Notes under the pieces: model-generated
Told to the model about the DNA's origin: nothing
Databases searched by the model: none
The model's input: only the letters and a program-made list of their open reading frames with translations
Shown: positions 46,303 through 56,576 of the stretch, in pieces
Numbering within the stretch: position 1 is the stretch's first letter
Layout: each line of letters opens with the position of its first letter
Position numbers and translations under genes: made by a program
Assembly: GCA_018664485.1 (NCBI GenBank)
Contig: JABJOE010000007.1
Location: 4,353-68,352, forward strand
DNA from: Candidatus Uhrbacteria bacterium
GTDB taxonomy: Bacteria; Patescibacteriota; Patescibacteriia; UBA9934
DNA: 64,000 nt
Reading direction: 5' to 3'

Positions 46303-48669
46303 CTATCTAATAATTCCAGAAAACTGTCCTGTGAGGATAGCTTCAACGCGTCCCATAGCACCGTCAGCGTCCTGGGACTCAAGCGTCTTTGAGTCTGATC
46401 GTAAATGCATTGAAAGAGTTACGCTCTTCTTACCCTCATCAATCCCTTTACCGCGATACACCTCAACTAATTTAACACTTCGTATAAGTTCATCAGCACC
46501 CTCAACCGCTACAACAAGATCACCATACGCCAAACCGGCATCTACAATCACAGCAATATCACGATCGATTCCAGGGAATTCTGGGATAGGCTCATAACGG
46601 CGAGTCACTTCCATGCCATGTACCAAAGTTTGGAAATCAAGCATGGCACACATGACATCTTTATCTATTCCAAATGCTTGTGTGTATTTTGATGCTACCT
46701 GACCTATTCGTCCAACATCACGTCCGTCAACAAGAATCTTGGCGCTACGAGTTGAATGCCAGTGACCGTCATCGGCAACACGCTCAAAAGTAAACGTTAT
46801 ACCAGCCATATCAGCCAGACTCATAAGTCCACCTTTGATCTGCAAGAAAGCGTTCTCAACATCGTCAGCACCGTAGTGAGCCACTACAAGTTCGGTGCGC
46901 TCTTCTGGCAAATCGTCTTTCTGTGGAACGTATACTCGTTGCAATTCAAATACCATACCGACCGCACGTTCACCCTGATTGCGCTCAATGCTCCGCAACA
47001 ACGACGGCATAAGTGACGGTCGCATATGTGTTAGATCAGCAGTCAACGGATTGTGTATCTGAACAGCTGATGCTGGATCAAGATCGTAGGCAATAATATC
47101 TTGCGCACTAATCATCGAATAACCGTAAAGCTCTGTATACCCGAATCCAACCAAAAGTTTCTTTGTACGCATCTCCCAAACAAGAGCCGGATCCTCTGGA
47201 GTTGTTGGAGGTGGTGAATCTGGAAGTTCGGCCGGCATATTGTGATAGCCGTACAAACGCGCGATCTCCTCAGTTAGATCAACCTCTTCCTCAATATCAT
47301 GGTCTCTCCAAAATGGAACGATAACGCTATATGTACCATTAGTCTCATCAACTTTAAATCCAACACGCTCGAGTAAGTCGATCATTTTCTCGTTTGATAA
47401 ATCAACACCCATCAAATCTCGTGCCTTCTGCGGACGAAAAGGAAACACGAGTGGTTCATACGCGCTAGATCGTTCATCGATAATCTCACTTGCAACAGCA
47501 CCTCCAGCCAACTCAAGCGTAAGCTCAATAGCTCGCGCCAATGCAGCTTCGGGAGCTTCAGACGAAAGACCTTTTTCAAATAATAACTGAGAATCTGAAT
47601 ACAGATGATGCCGACGAGCAGTCTTTCGAACTGACAAACCGTCAAAGGTCGCTGACTCGAAAACTATTGTAGTGGTTCCATCCCACGTTCCGGTATCAGA
47701 CCCTCCCATCACACCTGCGACGGCGATAGGCTTATCCGAGTCCGCAATCACTAAATCTTCCGCGGCCAGCTCGTATGTCTCGTCATCCAACGCCTTGATC
47801 TTCTCTCCCTTTTTCGCGCGACGGACAACTATTTTTCCGTCTTTTAGTTTCTCATAATCAAAAGCGTGCATTGGCTGACCAAACTCATGAAGAACATAGT
47901 TTGTAATGTCTACAATATTATTGATTGGTCGATGACCCGATAGTAGCAACTTCGTTTGCAGCCACGCTGGCGACGGTGCAACCTTCACGCCATCAATCAC
48001 GACAGCCATATAACGTGAGCATCCTTCCGTATCTAGTACGTCTACTTTTATCTCTTTTCCGCTCCCCGCTTCCGGAAGTGTCGGTGGAGTGAATGTAAAC
48101 GGGATTCCCATAGCGGCTCCTGCTTCGCGAGCAAGCCCAACTATCCCCATTGAGTCAACACGGTTCGATGTAATCTCAACATCGAAAATTGTGTCGTCAA
48201 TTATATCAAGCGCCTCATCAAGAGGTGTTCCGTTCTTCATACCTTCCTCGAAAAACCGAATACTCATACCTTTATCACACAGACCCAGCTCCTGATCCAA
48301 GCACAACATACCTTCAGAAACCTCTCCTCGAATCTTCGACTTTTTAATCTCAAGTCCGCCTGGTAATACCATTGGGGCAACAGCAACCGGTATTTTATAC
48401 CCAACCTCCATCACAACCTTAGACCCAAAGACAAGTGCGATTGGATCATCCTTACCAATATCTACTTTTGCTAAATTGAGAGAATCTGCATTGGCATGCT
48501 TCTCAATTGAAAGAATTTCTCCAACAACAATTCCATCAAAAGCACCTTTCATGGATTTTGTGTAATCAACCGGAAACGACTTTGCAGTCACTTCTTTTGA
48601 AAAACGTTTAGGCTCAAAGTCCTCTCCAAGATATTCCTTTAACCATTTGTAACTTGCTTCAATATCCAT
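46303..48669 (-). CDS. pheT: Phenylalanine--tRNA ligase beta subunit
   Basis: H.NAD.L, RGEVSEGMLC, T.NR.D, NNIVDITNY and DL.EEIARLYGY motifs. Confidence 0.96.
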   Translation of the reverse strand: MDIEASYKWLKEYLGEDFEPKRFSKEVTAKSFPVDYTKSMKGAFDGIVVGEILSIEKHANADSLNLAKVDIGKDDPIALVFGSKVVMEVGYKIPVAVAPMVLPGGLEIKKSKIRGEVSEGMLCLDQELGLCDKGMSIRFFEEGMKNGTPLDEALDIIDDTIFDVEITSNRVDSMGIVGLAREAGAAMGIPFTFTPPTLPEAGSGKEIKVDVLDTEGCSRYMAVVIDGVKVAPSPAWLQTKLLLSGHRPINNIVDITNYVLHEFGQPMHAFDYEKLKDGKIVVRRAKKGEKIKALDDETYELAAEDLVIADSDKPIAVAGVMGGSDTGTWDGTTTIVFESATFDGLSVRKTARRHHLYSDSQLLFEKGLSSEAPEAALARAIELTLELAGGAVASEIIDERSSAYEPLVFPFRPQKARDLMGVDLSNEKMIDLLERVGFKVDETNGTYSVIVPFWRDHDIEEEVDLTEEIARLYGYHNMPAELPDSPPPTTPEDPALVWEMRTKKLLVGFGYTELYGYSMISAQDIIAYDLDPASAVQIHNPLTADLTHMRPSLMPSLLRSIERNQGERAVGMVFELQRVYVPQKDDLPEERTELVVAHYGADDVENAFLQIKGGLMSLADMAGITFTFERVADDGHWHSTRSAKILVDGRDVGRIGQVASKYTQAFGIDKDVMCAMLDFQTLVHGMEVTRRYEPIPEFPGIDRDIAVIVDAGLAYGDLVVAVEGADELIRSVKLVEVYRGKGIDEGKKSVTLSMHLRSDSKTLESQDADGAMGRVEAILTGQFSGIIR

Positions 48670-48672
48670 AAT

Positions 48673-49740
48673 CTAAAATTGTTCGAGGAATCGTAAATCG
48701 TTTCGGTATAGCACTCGGATATCGTCAATGTTAATGTCTGATTTCATCACCATGGTTCGCTCAACACCCCAACCGAATGCGAATCCTGAGTAAACATCGG
48801 GGTCCAATCCACCAGCACGCAATACATTCGGGTGAACCATTCCAGCACCACCAAGCTCTACCCAACCCTCCTTACAAATCTTACATTTCATTCCTTCATT
48901 TTCGCCCGACCCCAGACAAACTCCACAAGTGATATCCAACTCCATCGACGGTTCAGTGAATCGGAAATGGAATGGACGTAACCGAACTTCTCGCTCTGGT
49001 CCGAAAAACTCTTTTACAAAATAATCAAAGACTCCCTTGAGATGCGTGATAGTAACACCCTTATCAATCATCAATCCCTCGAACTGATGAAACATTGGAG
49101 TGTGTGAAGCGTCTGACTGTCGTCGATATGTTTTATTGATGTTGATCATCCGGATTGGCAACTGTTTCTTTTCCATTTCACGTACCTGTCCGTTTGAAGT
49201 GTGCGGTGTCAAAACCACCTTCCCTTTTTTACCTTCCTGCACAGTGCCACCGTCACCAATAAAAAACGTCTCCCACTCATCACGAGCCGGATGCGTCTTT
49301 GGCATATTTAGAGATTCGAAAGCATAATAATCCCAATCAACTTCCGGATGACGAGTACTAACAAAACCAAGTCGTTTAAAAATTGTACTCACCTCATCTA
49401 TAGCTTGGGTAACTAAATGCAGATGCCCACCGGGTGGACGTACTCCAGGCTGTGTCACATCGATCCAATCTGTCTGCTGACGTGCAACATCCTCGGATGC
49501 ATTCATGGCACTACTAACTTCCGTAAATGCTAGCTCTAATGTTTTTTTAACATCATTACCAAGCTGTCCTACTTCGCGTCGAACATCTTCTGCCATTGAA
49601 GGCAACTGCTTCATCAACTGTGAGAGCTTTCCTTTTCGGCCGAGATATTCGACTCGAAGGTCTTCTAGTCCCAACGAATCAGACACATCTTCAAGCGCCT
49701 TGAGAAATTCATTCTTTATATTGTCTAAATCATTCTTCAT
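48673..49740 (-). CDS. pheS: Phenylalanine--tRNA ligase alpha subunit
   Basis: HPARD, HTPMFHQFEG, F.FTEPS and GFAFGWGVER motifs. Confidence 0.96.
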   Translation of the reverse strand: MKNDLDNIKNEFLKALEDVSDSLGLEDLRVEYLGRKGKLSQLMKQLPSMAEDVRREVGQLGNDVKKTLELAFTEVSSAMNASEDVARQQTDWIDVTQPGVRPPGGHLHLVTQAIDEVSTIFKRLGFVSTRHPEVDWDYYAFESLNMPKTHPARDEWETFFIGDGGTVQEGKKGKVVLTPHTSNGQVREMEKKQLPIRMININKTYRRQSDASHTPMFHQFEGLMIDKGVTITHLKGVFDYFVKEFFGPEREVRLRPFHFRFTEPSMELDITCGVCLGSGENEGMKCKICKEGWVELGGAGMVHPNVLRAGGLDPDVYSGFAFGWGVERTMVMKSDINIDDIRVLYRNDLRFLEQF

Positions 49741-50819
49741 AAAAGATTGAGTATGTCTTGGAATGTAACAAAGAGAATAAGGCCAATTAGGATCAGGAAT
49801 CCAATATTATGTACCATAGCCTCTATCTTTTCGTCTACTGGCTTTCGGCGAATTCCCTCAATGATAACAAAGAGGATACGACCTCCGTCAAGCGCCGGGA
49901 ATGGAAGAATATTGATGATTGCAAGGTTGATAGAGAGTATCGCTGCAAACTGGAGCAGACTTATAATCCCCTGCGCCGCCACTTCTCCCGTAATCACCGC
50001 AATGCCGATCGGTCCAGCTAACTCTACATCGGGACTATCTTCTCCGATAAATCCCTGAATGATAGTACCGAACGCTACAAAAATTTCTTTCGTGTAATAA
50101 ACCGTTGTCTCAGCCCCCTTCAATGGTGCTACATACCAAGGGTATCGGAGAGTTCCAGTTTGGACTAAAGCGACCCCTACCCCCATCTGATCAATCTGCT
50201 CAAGATAGCTTGGAGCTACTTCAATTTGCTGCGAAACATCATCTCGTACGATCAGGAAGTTGATCATCTCGTTTGGATCCGCATCTTGCAGATACGCACG
50301 TGCAGTCTCGCCGTCATCGAAAGTTTCACCATTGATAGTTACAACACGATCTCCAGCTTCGAGCCCCGAGAGTGTCGCCGGTGAGTCCTCTAGTACCTGC
50401 GTGATGAGAAGTTCGGTGTCTGACACGATTGCTGCCCCTCCCAAATCTCCCTCAATTATTGTCGGCACACCTACCCCAAACGCTACGCTCAACAGTACGG
50501 CAGCCGCAACCATGTTCATAAATACTCCCGCAAACAATACTGCAAAGCGAGCCGGCAGAGACTTAGTTGCAAAACTATCTTTGTCACCCCGATGCTCTCC
50601 ACCCTCACCCTTTAATTTTACAAATCCACCGATTGGAATCCAGTTGAGCGACCATACCATTCCGTCCTTACCTTTCCAGGTATATGCCTGCGGCGGAAAT
50701 CCGAGCCCAAACTCTTCAACCTTAGCGCCGATGCGCTTTGCCATAAAATAATGCCCCCATTCATGCACGAGCACGAGTACTGACAAGATGAGTAGAAATA
50801 TAATAATTGTCCAAAACAT
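49737..50819 (-). CDS. rseP: RIP metalloprotease RseP (M50 plus PDZ)
   Basis: HEWGH, PIGGFVK, a PDZ domain and NILPFPALDGG. Confidence 0.93.
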   Translation of the reverse strand: MFWTIIIFLLILSVLVLVHEWGHYFMAKRIGAKVEEFGLGFPPQAYTWKGKDGMVWSLNWIPIGGFVKLKGEGGEHRGDKDSFATKSLPARFAVLFAGVFMNMVAAAVLLSVAFGVGVPTIIEGDLGGAAIVSDTELLITQVLEDSPATLSGLEAGDRVVTINGETFDDGETARAYLQDADPNEMINFLIVRDDVSQQIEVAPSYLEQIDQMGVGVALVQTGTLRYPWYVAPLKGAETTVYYTKEIFVAFGTIIQGFIGEDSPDVELAGPIGIAVITGEVAAQGIISLLQFAAILSINLAIINILPFPALDGGRILFVIIEGIRRKPVDEKIEAMVHNIGFLILIGLILFVTFQDILNLL

Positions 50820-50863
50820 GAGGATATTCTAGCCCACTGATACAACTTAGTACAGCCGGATAT

Positions 50864-51601
50864 TTAAATAGTGGCCTTTTGAAATGTCACCGGAGAGCCG
50901 AAAAAATCAGCAGCTCTACGCGACACCTCTATCGGATCATCTGTTGTGAAAAACTGAAGCGCACTATCACCATCAGTCTGCGCTGGCCGGTTGTGATCTT
51001 TGAGCCAATTTGCAACCATATCTCCCTGATCCACAACGGTAACGTCGCTAGGCAAAATTTCAGCTAACAAATCGTGGAAGTATGGATAATGAGTACATGC
51101 CAAAACGACAGTGTTCAGCTCTCGACCTTCGATAAGGGTATTTACATCACGAGTAACTACCTCTTTTGCACCTTCAGACTTCGGATTACCCTTCTCTATA
51201 AACAACGTCCATGCTGGGCAGGAATGCTGATATGCAACAACATCACTATACACACCTGAGGTAACTGTAGCTGTAGTTGCCAACAACCCAATGTCTTCTT
51301 TATCGCGAGTACTGAGCCAATCGCGAGTTGGTTCGATTATCCCAATAACGCGATCGTCATCTAAATAATCTAGTGCAACTGCCGACGCTGTATTACAGGC
51401 AAGCAGAACCTGATCACAACCTTGCGCAAACAACCAGTCAACACACTCCTTAGTATACTGCTCAATCTCATTAACAGGCCTGTCGCCATAAGGTGACCGT
51501 GCATGATCGCCCAAATACATCATAGAGACATGTGGAAATGCCTTGCTTAATGTTTGGGCTACAGTAAGTCCGCCTGAGCCTGAATCAAATACACCCAACA
51601 T
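50864..51601 (-). CDS. murI: Glutamate racemase
   Basis: GVFDSG.GGLTV, ACNTAS and LACTHYP motifs. Confidence 0.93.
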   Translation of the reverse strand: MLGVFDSGSGGLTVAQTLSKAFPHVSMMYLGDHARSPYGDRPVNEIEQYTKECVDWLFAQGCDQVLLACNTASAVALDYLDDDRVIGIIEPTRDWLSTRDKEDIGLLATTATVTSGVYSDVVAYQHSCPAWTLFIEKGNPKSEGAKEVVTRDVNTLIEGRELNTVVLACTHYPYFHDLLAEILPSDVTVVDQGDMVANWLKDHNRPAQTDGDSALQFFTTDDPIEVSRRAADFFGSPVTFQKATI

Positions 51602-51602
51602 G

Positions 51603-52382
51603 CTACATCTTTGCTAACGCACCTCTTAAAATCGCTTTCACTTCTTCAGGTCCCTCGACTTGAATCGACTCAATTCCAGTTCGCTTCACGGGTTCATCAT
51701 TACCACCCGGATACAATGCGTCACCAATGAACACCATGTCACTAATTTGGAAACCAAGATGTTCCTTCATCTTCTCAACTCCATATCCTTTATCGATTCC
51801 CAAATTTGTAACGTCGATAGATGTTTTTCCTGGAACCTTGATGGCAAATTCTGGAAGTAATGGCTTCATAACCTCTACGATCTCCACACGCATATCCAAA
51901 TCAGAACCCCTCCAAGCAAGCTTCTCTTCAATCGGAGCCTTCTGACCAAGTGCTGAGAAAGTAACCTGAGTTCCACGGTCTTCAATCAACTCACCGTAAA
52001 TCTTTTCTGGTTGAACATAGCCAACCTCCTTAAATGCAGTCTCAAATGCATCCATGATCTTTTTGACAGACTCGGGACCGATACCGTCAGCATAAACTTC
52101 ATTCCACTTCCCTTCCTCATAACGAATAAATACTGCACCAGATGTTGGGAACAAATGTAATTTTGAAAAAAGTTCATCGGACGATCCGAGCTTTCCAAGT
52201 AAAAATCGATCATACTCCTTAAAAGCACTCCCGCTAATGATTGCAACGTCTCTCTTTTCTAAAAGTTCTTTGATAATCCCAACCATCTCATCATCAACTT
52301 CAACCTTAGATCTATTTAGCGTCCCGTCAAAATCAAAAACAAAAAGTTTCTTTCCTGAAATATCTGACTTTAAAACATCCAT
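51603..52382 (-). CDS. HAD-IIB hydrolase, eukaryote-type phosphomannomutase-like
   Basis: FDFDGTL, IEDRG, SIDV...GIDK and FIGDALYPGGND motifs. Confidence 0.8.
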   Translation of the reverse strand: MDVLKSDISGKKLFVFDFDGTLNRSKVEVDDEMVGIIKELLEKRDVAIISGSAFKEYDRFLLGKLGSSDELFSKLHLFPTSGAVFIRYEEGKWNEVYADGIGPESVKKIMDAFETAFKEVGYVQPEKIYGELIEDRGTQVTFSALGQKAPIEEKLAWRGSDLDMRVEIVEVMKPLLPEFAIKVPGKTSIDVTNLGIDKGYGVEKMKEHLGFQISDMVFIGDALYPGGNDEPVKRTGIESIQVEGPEEVKAILRGALAKM

Positions 52383-52480
52383 ATTGACACTATAATTAAA
52401 TAAACGTAGCCTTATACTATACTTTATAGCTATTAAAGGTTAGGACTATAGTAGGTCAAAACCGTCATTTACTACAAATT

Positions 52481-53032
52481 ATGATCGCAATCTACATTAT
52501 AATCGGTGCCGTTGTTCTAATAGCACTGTGGTTGATCGCTGTTTTCAACGGTCTAATCAAGCTCCGAAACCGCGTTGACGAAGCCTGGTCTGATATCGAA
52601 GTACAGCTAAAACGACGATACGACCTCATTCCAAACCTGGTAAACGCAGTAAAAGGATACGCAAAGCACGAAAAAGGAGTATTTGAGAATGTTACTGAGG
52701 CTCGCTCAGGTGCAATGCAGGCAAAAACGCCAGCACAGCACGCAAAGGCAGAGAATTTTCTTACCGAAACACTCAAGTCTCTATTTGCAGTTTCTGAAAA
52801 CTATCCAGATTTGAAAGCTTCAGACAACTTCCTACACTTACAAAAGGAGTTGGTTGACGCAGAAGATAAGATTCAAGCAGCTCGACGCTTCTACAACGGA
52901 AACGTACGTGACTTCAACACAAAGAAGCAGGTATTCCCTTCAAACCTCGTCGCCGGTTCACTAGGCTTCAAGGACTATGAGTTCTTCGATGCTCCAGAAG
53001 AAGCGAAGGCTACACCAGAAGTTAAGTTCTAG
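52481..53032 (+). CDS. lemA: LemA family protein
   Basis: AWSDIEVQLKRRYDLIPNLV, ENYPDLKA and ARRFYN motifs. Confidence 0.95.
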   Translation: MIAIYIIIGAVVLIALWLIAVFNGLIKLRNRVDEAWSDIEVQLKRRYDLIPNLVNAVKGYAKHEKGVFENVTEARSGAMQAKTPAQHAKAENFLTETLKSLFAVSENYPDLKASDNFLHLQKELVDAEDKIQAARRFYNGNVRDFNTKKQVFPSNLVAGSLGFKDYEFFDAPEEAKATPEVKF

Positions 53033-53073
53033 TACAGGCATAGGACGTAATCATGACGAATTAGTACCTATCT

Positions 53074-53973
53074 ATGTATTCGCAGATCGATGCAAATAAA
53101 AGGAAAACCTGGGTCTTAGTGACCCTGTTTTCTGTTTTGATAATGCTGATCTTTGTAGGGGCAGGTGCCTCCGCAGGCGCTGAAGTTGTACCGTCTATAA
53201 TCTTCGGTTTCATATTCTCAGTCATCTACTCTCTAATTGCCTTTTACGTTTCTGGAAAAACTGTACTTCTGGCACACAGAGCAAAAGAGATCGACAAAGA
53301 AACATCTGCAGACCTATATCGCATGGTGGAGAACATGGCGATAACGGCAGGACTCCCAATGCCAAAAATATTTGTAATAGATGACCCTTCGCCAAATGCA
53401 TTTGCATCAGGACGAGACCCCGAGCACGCAGCTATCACATTTACTACTGGAATTCTAAGCATCCTTAACAAAGCCGAGCTCGAAGGCGTGATAGCTCACG
53501 AGTTCTCCCATATTAAAAACTATGACATTCGCGTGATGACGATAGTCGTAGTACTCGTCGGTCTAGTTATTTTATTGTCTGACATAATGCTGCATGTTGG
53601 GATGCATCGCGGAGGTCGAAAGAACGTTCCATGGCCTGCGATACTAATCGCAATCGCCCTTGCGATTCTCTCGCCGCTAATCGCACAGCTCATTAAGCTT
53701 GCAGTCTCACGCGCTCGTGAATATCTTGCAGATGCGTCAGGTGCGCTACTCACTCGCCATCCAGACGGACTAGCATCAGCACTGGAGAAAATGCGCGACA
53801 ATACAACACCTTTAAAGAGTGCCAACCACGCGACTGCCCACCTCTTCATCTCAAGTCCATTTGGAGAGATTGGAGAGAAGGGTAAAAAATCCAATAGCTG
53901 GTACCAAAAACTATTTGCCACTCACCCACCGATCGATGACAGAATCTCAAAATTAAGAGAGATGGGACGATAG
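53074..53973 (+). CDS. htpX: Zinc metalloprotease HtpX (M48)
   Basis: PNAFASG, HEFSH, SRAREYLAD and FATHPP motifs; follows lemA. Confidence 0.93.
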   Translation: MYSQIDANKRKTWVLVTLFSVLIMLIFVGAGASAGAEVVPSIIFGFIFSVIYSLIAFYVSGKTVLLAHRAKEIDKETSADLYRMVENMAITAGLPMPKIFVIDDPSPNAFASGRDPEHAAITFTTGILSILNKAELEGVIAHEFSHIKNYDIRVMTIVVVLVGLVILLSDIMLHVGMHRGGRKNVPWPAILIAIALAILSPLIAQLIKLAVSRAREYLADASGALLTRHPDGLASALEKMRDNTTPLKSANHATAHLFISSPFGEIGEKGKKSNSWYQKLFATHPPIDDRISKLREMGR

Positions 53974-54014
53974 ACATAAACCATTTCGATGGACCTACAA
54001 CTCTTGGAGAAAAC

Positions 54015-54242
54015 ATGAGACCTATTCGTAGCTATCTAGTTCGCAGAGCCCGAACCGAACACCACTGCGACCGCTGCTGCCACCCGATACGCGTCGGTCA
54101 GTCATACGAAGCAGATGTATTTGGCGGCAGAACCATCATTGTCATGAAAATACATCTCGACGACCCACAGTGCGACCTACCGACAGAGCCCGCATACGAA
54201 GGCGCGCTCACCCGTCGCGAACCAGCTCGATTGGCTGCATAG
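54015..54242 (+). CDS. GC-rich small Cys/His (zinc-finger-like) protein
   Basis: ARTEHHCDRCCHPIRVGQSY ... H..C; SD GGAG 5 nt before the ATG. Confidence 0.55.
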   Translation: MRPIRSYLVRRARTEHHCDRCCHPIRVGQSYEADVFGGRTIIVMKIHLDDPQCDLPTEPAYEGALTRREPARLAA

Positions 54243-54287
54243 TCAAGAGGGGTCTGCGCATGTTTTCTCCCTCCATCAAAGTTGTTT

Positions 54288-56558
54288 ATGGATATAGTTT
54301 CTAAATTTACTACTCATCTGAAGGACGTTCTCACACGCTCGCTTTGTTTTACTGTTGATAATAATGGAAATGACGTTCAGCCTGAGCACTTTTTGTGGGC
54401 CCTATACAAGCAACAGGGTTCAGTCGCGTCACACATACTTGAAAAAGCAGGCGTAACGGAAGCTGCTATTGAGCAACTCGCCCTATCCGCAAGTAAAAGT
54501 AATCCGTCGATATCATCAAAAGTCCCCCCACTGAGCTCGCAAGCACGAAAAACAATCGAGAAAGCGGTTTTAACAGCAAATATTTACGACCACAGACATG
54601 TAGGTACAGAACATCTTCTCACAAGCCTTCTTCAACTCACCCATTCTCCTTTGCAAGATTTTTTTACAGATCAGTCCATAGAAACGGACTCGCTACTTCG
54701 ACATGTGTCGATGCTTCTCAAAACAACTACCCTCTTCCCTGAGCTCGACCGACTAGTGCCACCGACAAGCCTTCTTCCACAACCAGACAAACTTCATGGC
54801 GAATTTCCAGGTGAAAACCTAGAAGAAGAGGAAGAGGCATCTGCACTAGAGGATTTTGCCCACGAACTTACAACACCAGAAGCTCTTAAGCGTGTCACAC
54901 CAGTTATTGGACGTGAGCACGAGATTGAGCGCATGACGCATATTCTTTCACGACGAACAAAGAGTAATCCGATTCTTATCGGTGAGCCTGGTGTTGGTAA
55001 AACGGCAATCGTCGAGGGCCTCGCCCGCAAAATTGTAGAGAAAAAAATTGACGGGGCATTAGCTGGAAAACGTATTTTCCAAGTTGATCTTGCAAGTCTT
55101 ATCGCCGGCACAATGTATCGCGGTGAATTCGAGGCAAGACTACGTTCTTTGATTGACGAAGTCTCACAAACTAATGACATCATTTTATTTATCGATGAAG
55201 TCCACACGATCATGGGAGCCGGGTCTGCCTCCGGATCACTCGATGCTGCAAATATTCTAAAGCTGGCACTCGCCCGCGGGACAATCCGATGTATTGGCGC
55301 AACTACTCCAGCTGAATATAAAAAATTCATTGAGTCTGATGGAGCTGTGGAACGCCGATTTCAGAAGGTCCTGGTTGACGAGCCCACGATTGATCAAACT
55401 CGCATCATTCTTGAAGGCATCCAGCCAACATACGAGCAGTTTCATAATGTTCGCTTCAATACTGAGGCGGTTGAGGCTATTCTCACTCTCGCACAACGCT
55501 ACCTGACCACAGAACACTTCCCCGACAAGGCGATTGATCTCATGGACGAAACTGGAGCTTCGATGGGTGCTCGTGGAAAAGGAGACACACCCATCACAGC
55601 CACGGAAGATAATGTTCGAGAAACAGTAATGCGCATTCGAGGCATCACGCCCGAAGACTTGGCAGCACAAGAAAAACAAAAAGTCGACGACCTACGCCGC
55701 AAACTCAGCTTGAAAATTATCGGACAAGATCGCGTAATAGATGAAGTGGCGCGCGTTATTACTCGCCCACGATGGCGTGAGAGTGTTCGGCCTAGAGCAT
55801 CGTTCTTATTTGCCGGCCCTTCTGGTGTTGGTAAAACGGAACTCGCTAAAATAATGGCGAAAACCATTCTTCCCCACAAGGATAGTCTGCTTCGTTTAGA
55901 TATGTCCGAATACAGAGAGGCGTATAGCGCGAGTAAGCTCCTTGGATCCCCCGCCGGATACGTTGGGTACCGTGACACAAATGTTCTAACAGATCATCTC
56001 AAGCATCATCCAGCATCGCTGATTTTATTCGATGAGATGGAAAAAGCTCACCCAGATATCCAACATCTTCTTCTGCAAATTCTAGAAGAAGGAGAGATCC
56101 GAGATGCTACCGGAAAGATGATCTCATTTACACAATCAATAATCGTGATCACGACAAATGTCGGACAGGAACGCTTTGAGCGCGGCACACTTGGATTTAG
56201 CAGCGACGACACCTGGAGCAAGCAAGATGTTAGAGCCGACTTGGACAATATTTTCAAAATAGAATTACTAAACCGGCTTGATCGGGTCTGCCTATTCTCA
56301 CCTTTGAGCACAAAGCATTCAACAGCAATAATTAAGCAACAGCTAGCGCCGATCCTCGAGCACTTAAAAGAGACCGGACTCGCAATTGACATCGATACTT
56401 CCGTTTACAAATACATACGAGATCGCGTTTCAAAAAAAGAAGGCGCACGCGGATTATTGCGCGTAATTGAACAAGAAATCGAACCTGTACTTCTAAAAAA
56501 AGAATCAGGAACGCTTAAGGCTGGTAAATCCGGTCTACGACTACAATCAGAGCGCTAA
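54288..56558 (+). CDS. ClpA/ClpC-family AAA+ chaperone without a middle coiled-coil
   Basis: Clp N-repeats; GEPGVGKT/FIDEVH and GPSGVGKT/FDEMEKAHP modules; LGF loop. Confidence 0.9.
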   Translation: MDIVSKFTTHLKDVLTRSLCFTVDNNGNDVQPEHFLWALYKQQGSVASHILEKAGVTEAAIEQLALSASKSNPSISSKVPPLSSQARKTIEKAVLTANIYDHRHVGTEHLLTSLLQLTHSPLQDFFTDQSIETDSLLRHVSMLLKTTTLFPELDRLVPPTSLLPQPDKLHGEFPGENLEEEEEASALEDFAHELTTPEALKRVTPVIGREHEIERMTHILSRRTKSNPILIGEPGVGKTAIVEGLARKIVEKKIDGALAGKRIFQVDLASLIAGTMYRGEFEARLRSLIDEVSQTNDIILFIDEVHTIMGAGSASGSLDAANILKLALARGTIRCIGATTPAEYKKFIESDGAVERRFQKVLVDEPTIDQTRIILEGIQPTYEQFHNVRFNTEAVEAILTLAQRYLTTEHFPDKAIDLMDETGASMGARGKGDTPITATEDNVRETVMRIRGITPEDLAAQEKQKVDDLRRKLSLKIIGQDRVIDEVARVITRPRWRESVRPRASFLFAGPSGVGKTELAKIMAKTILPHKDSLLRLDMSEYREAYSASKLLGSPAGYVGYRDTNVLTDHLKHHPASLILFDEMEKAHPDIQHLLLQILEEGEIRDATGKMISFTQSIIVITTNVGQERFERGTLGFSSDDTWSKQDVRADLDNIFKIELLNRLDRVCLFSPLSTKHSTAIIKQQLAPILEHLKETGLAIDIDTSVYKYIRDRVSKKEGARGLLRVIEQEIEPVLLKKESGTLKAGKSGLRLQSER

Positions 56559-56576
56559 AACCTGTATACTGTAGTC

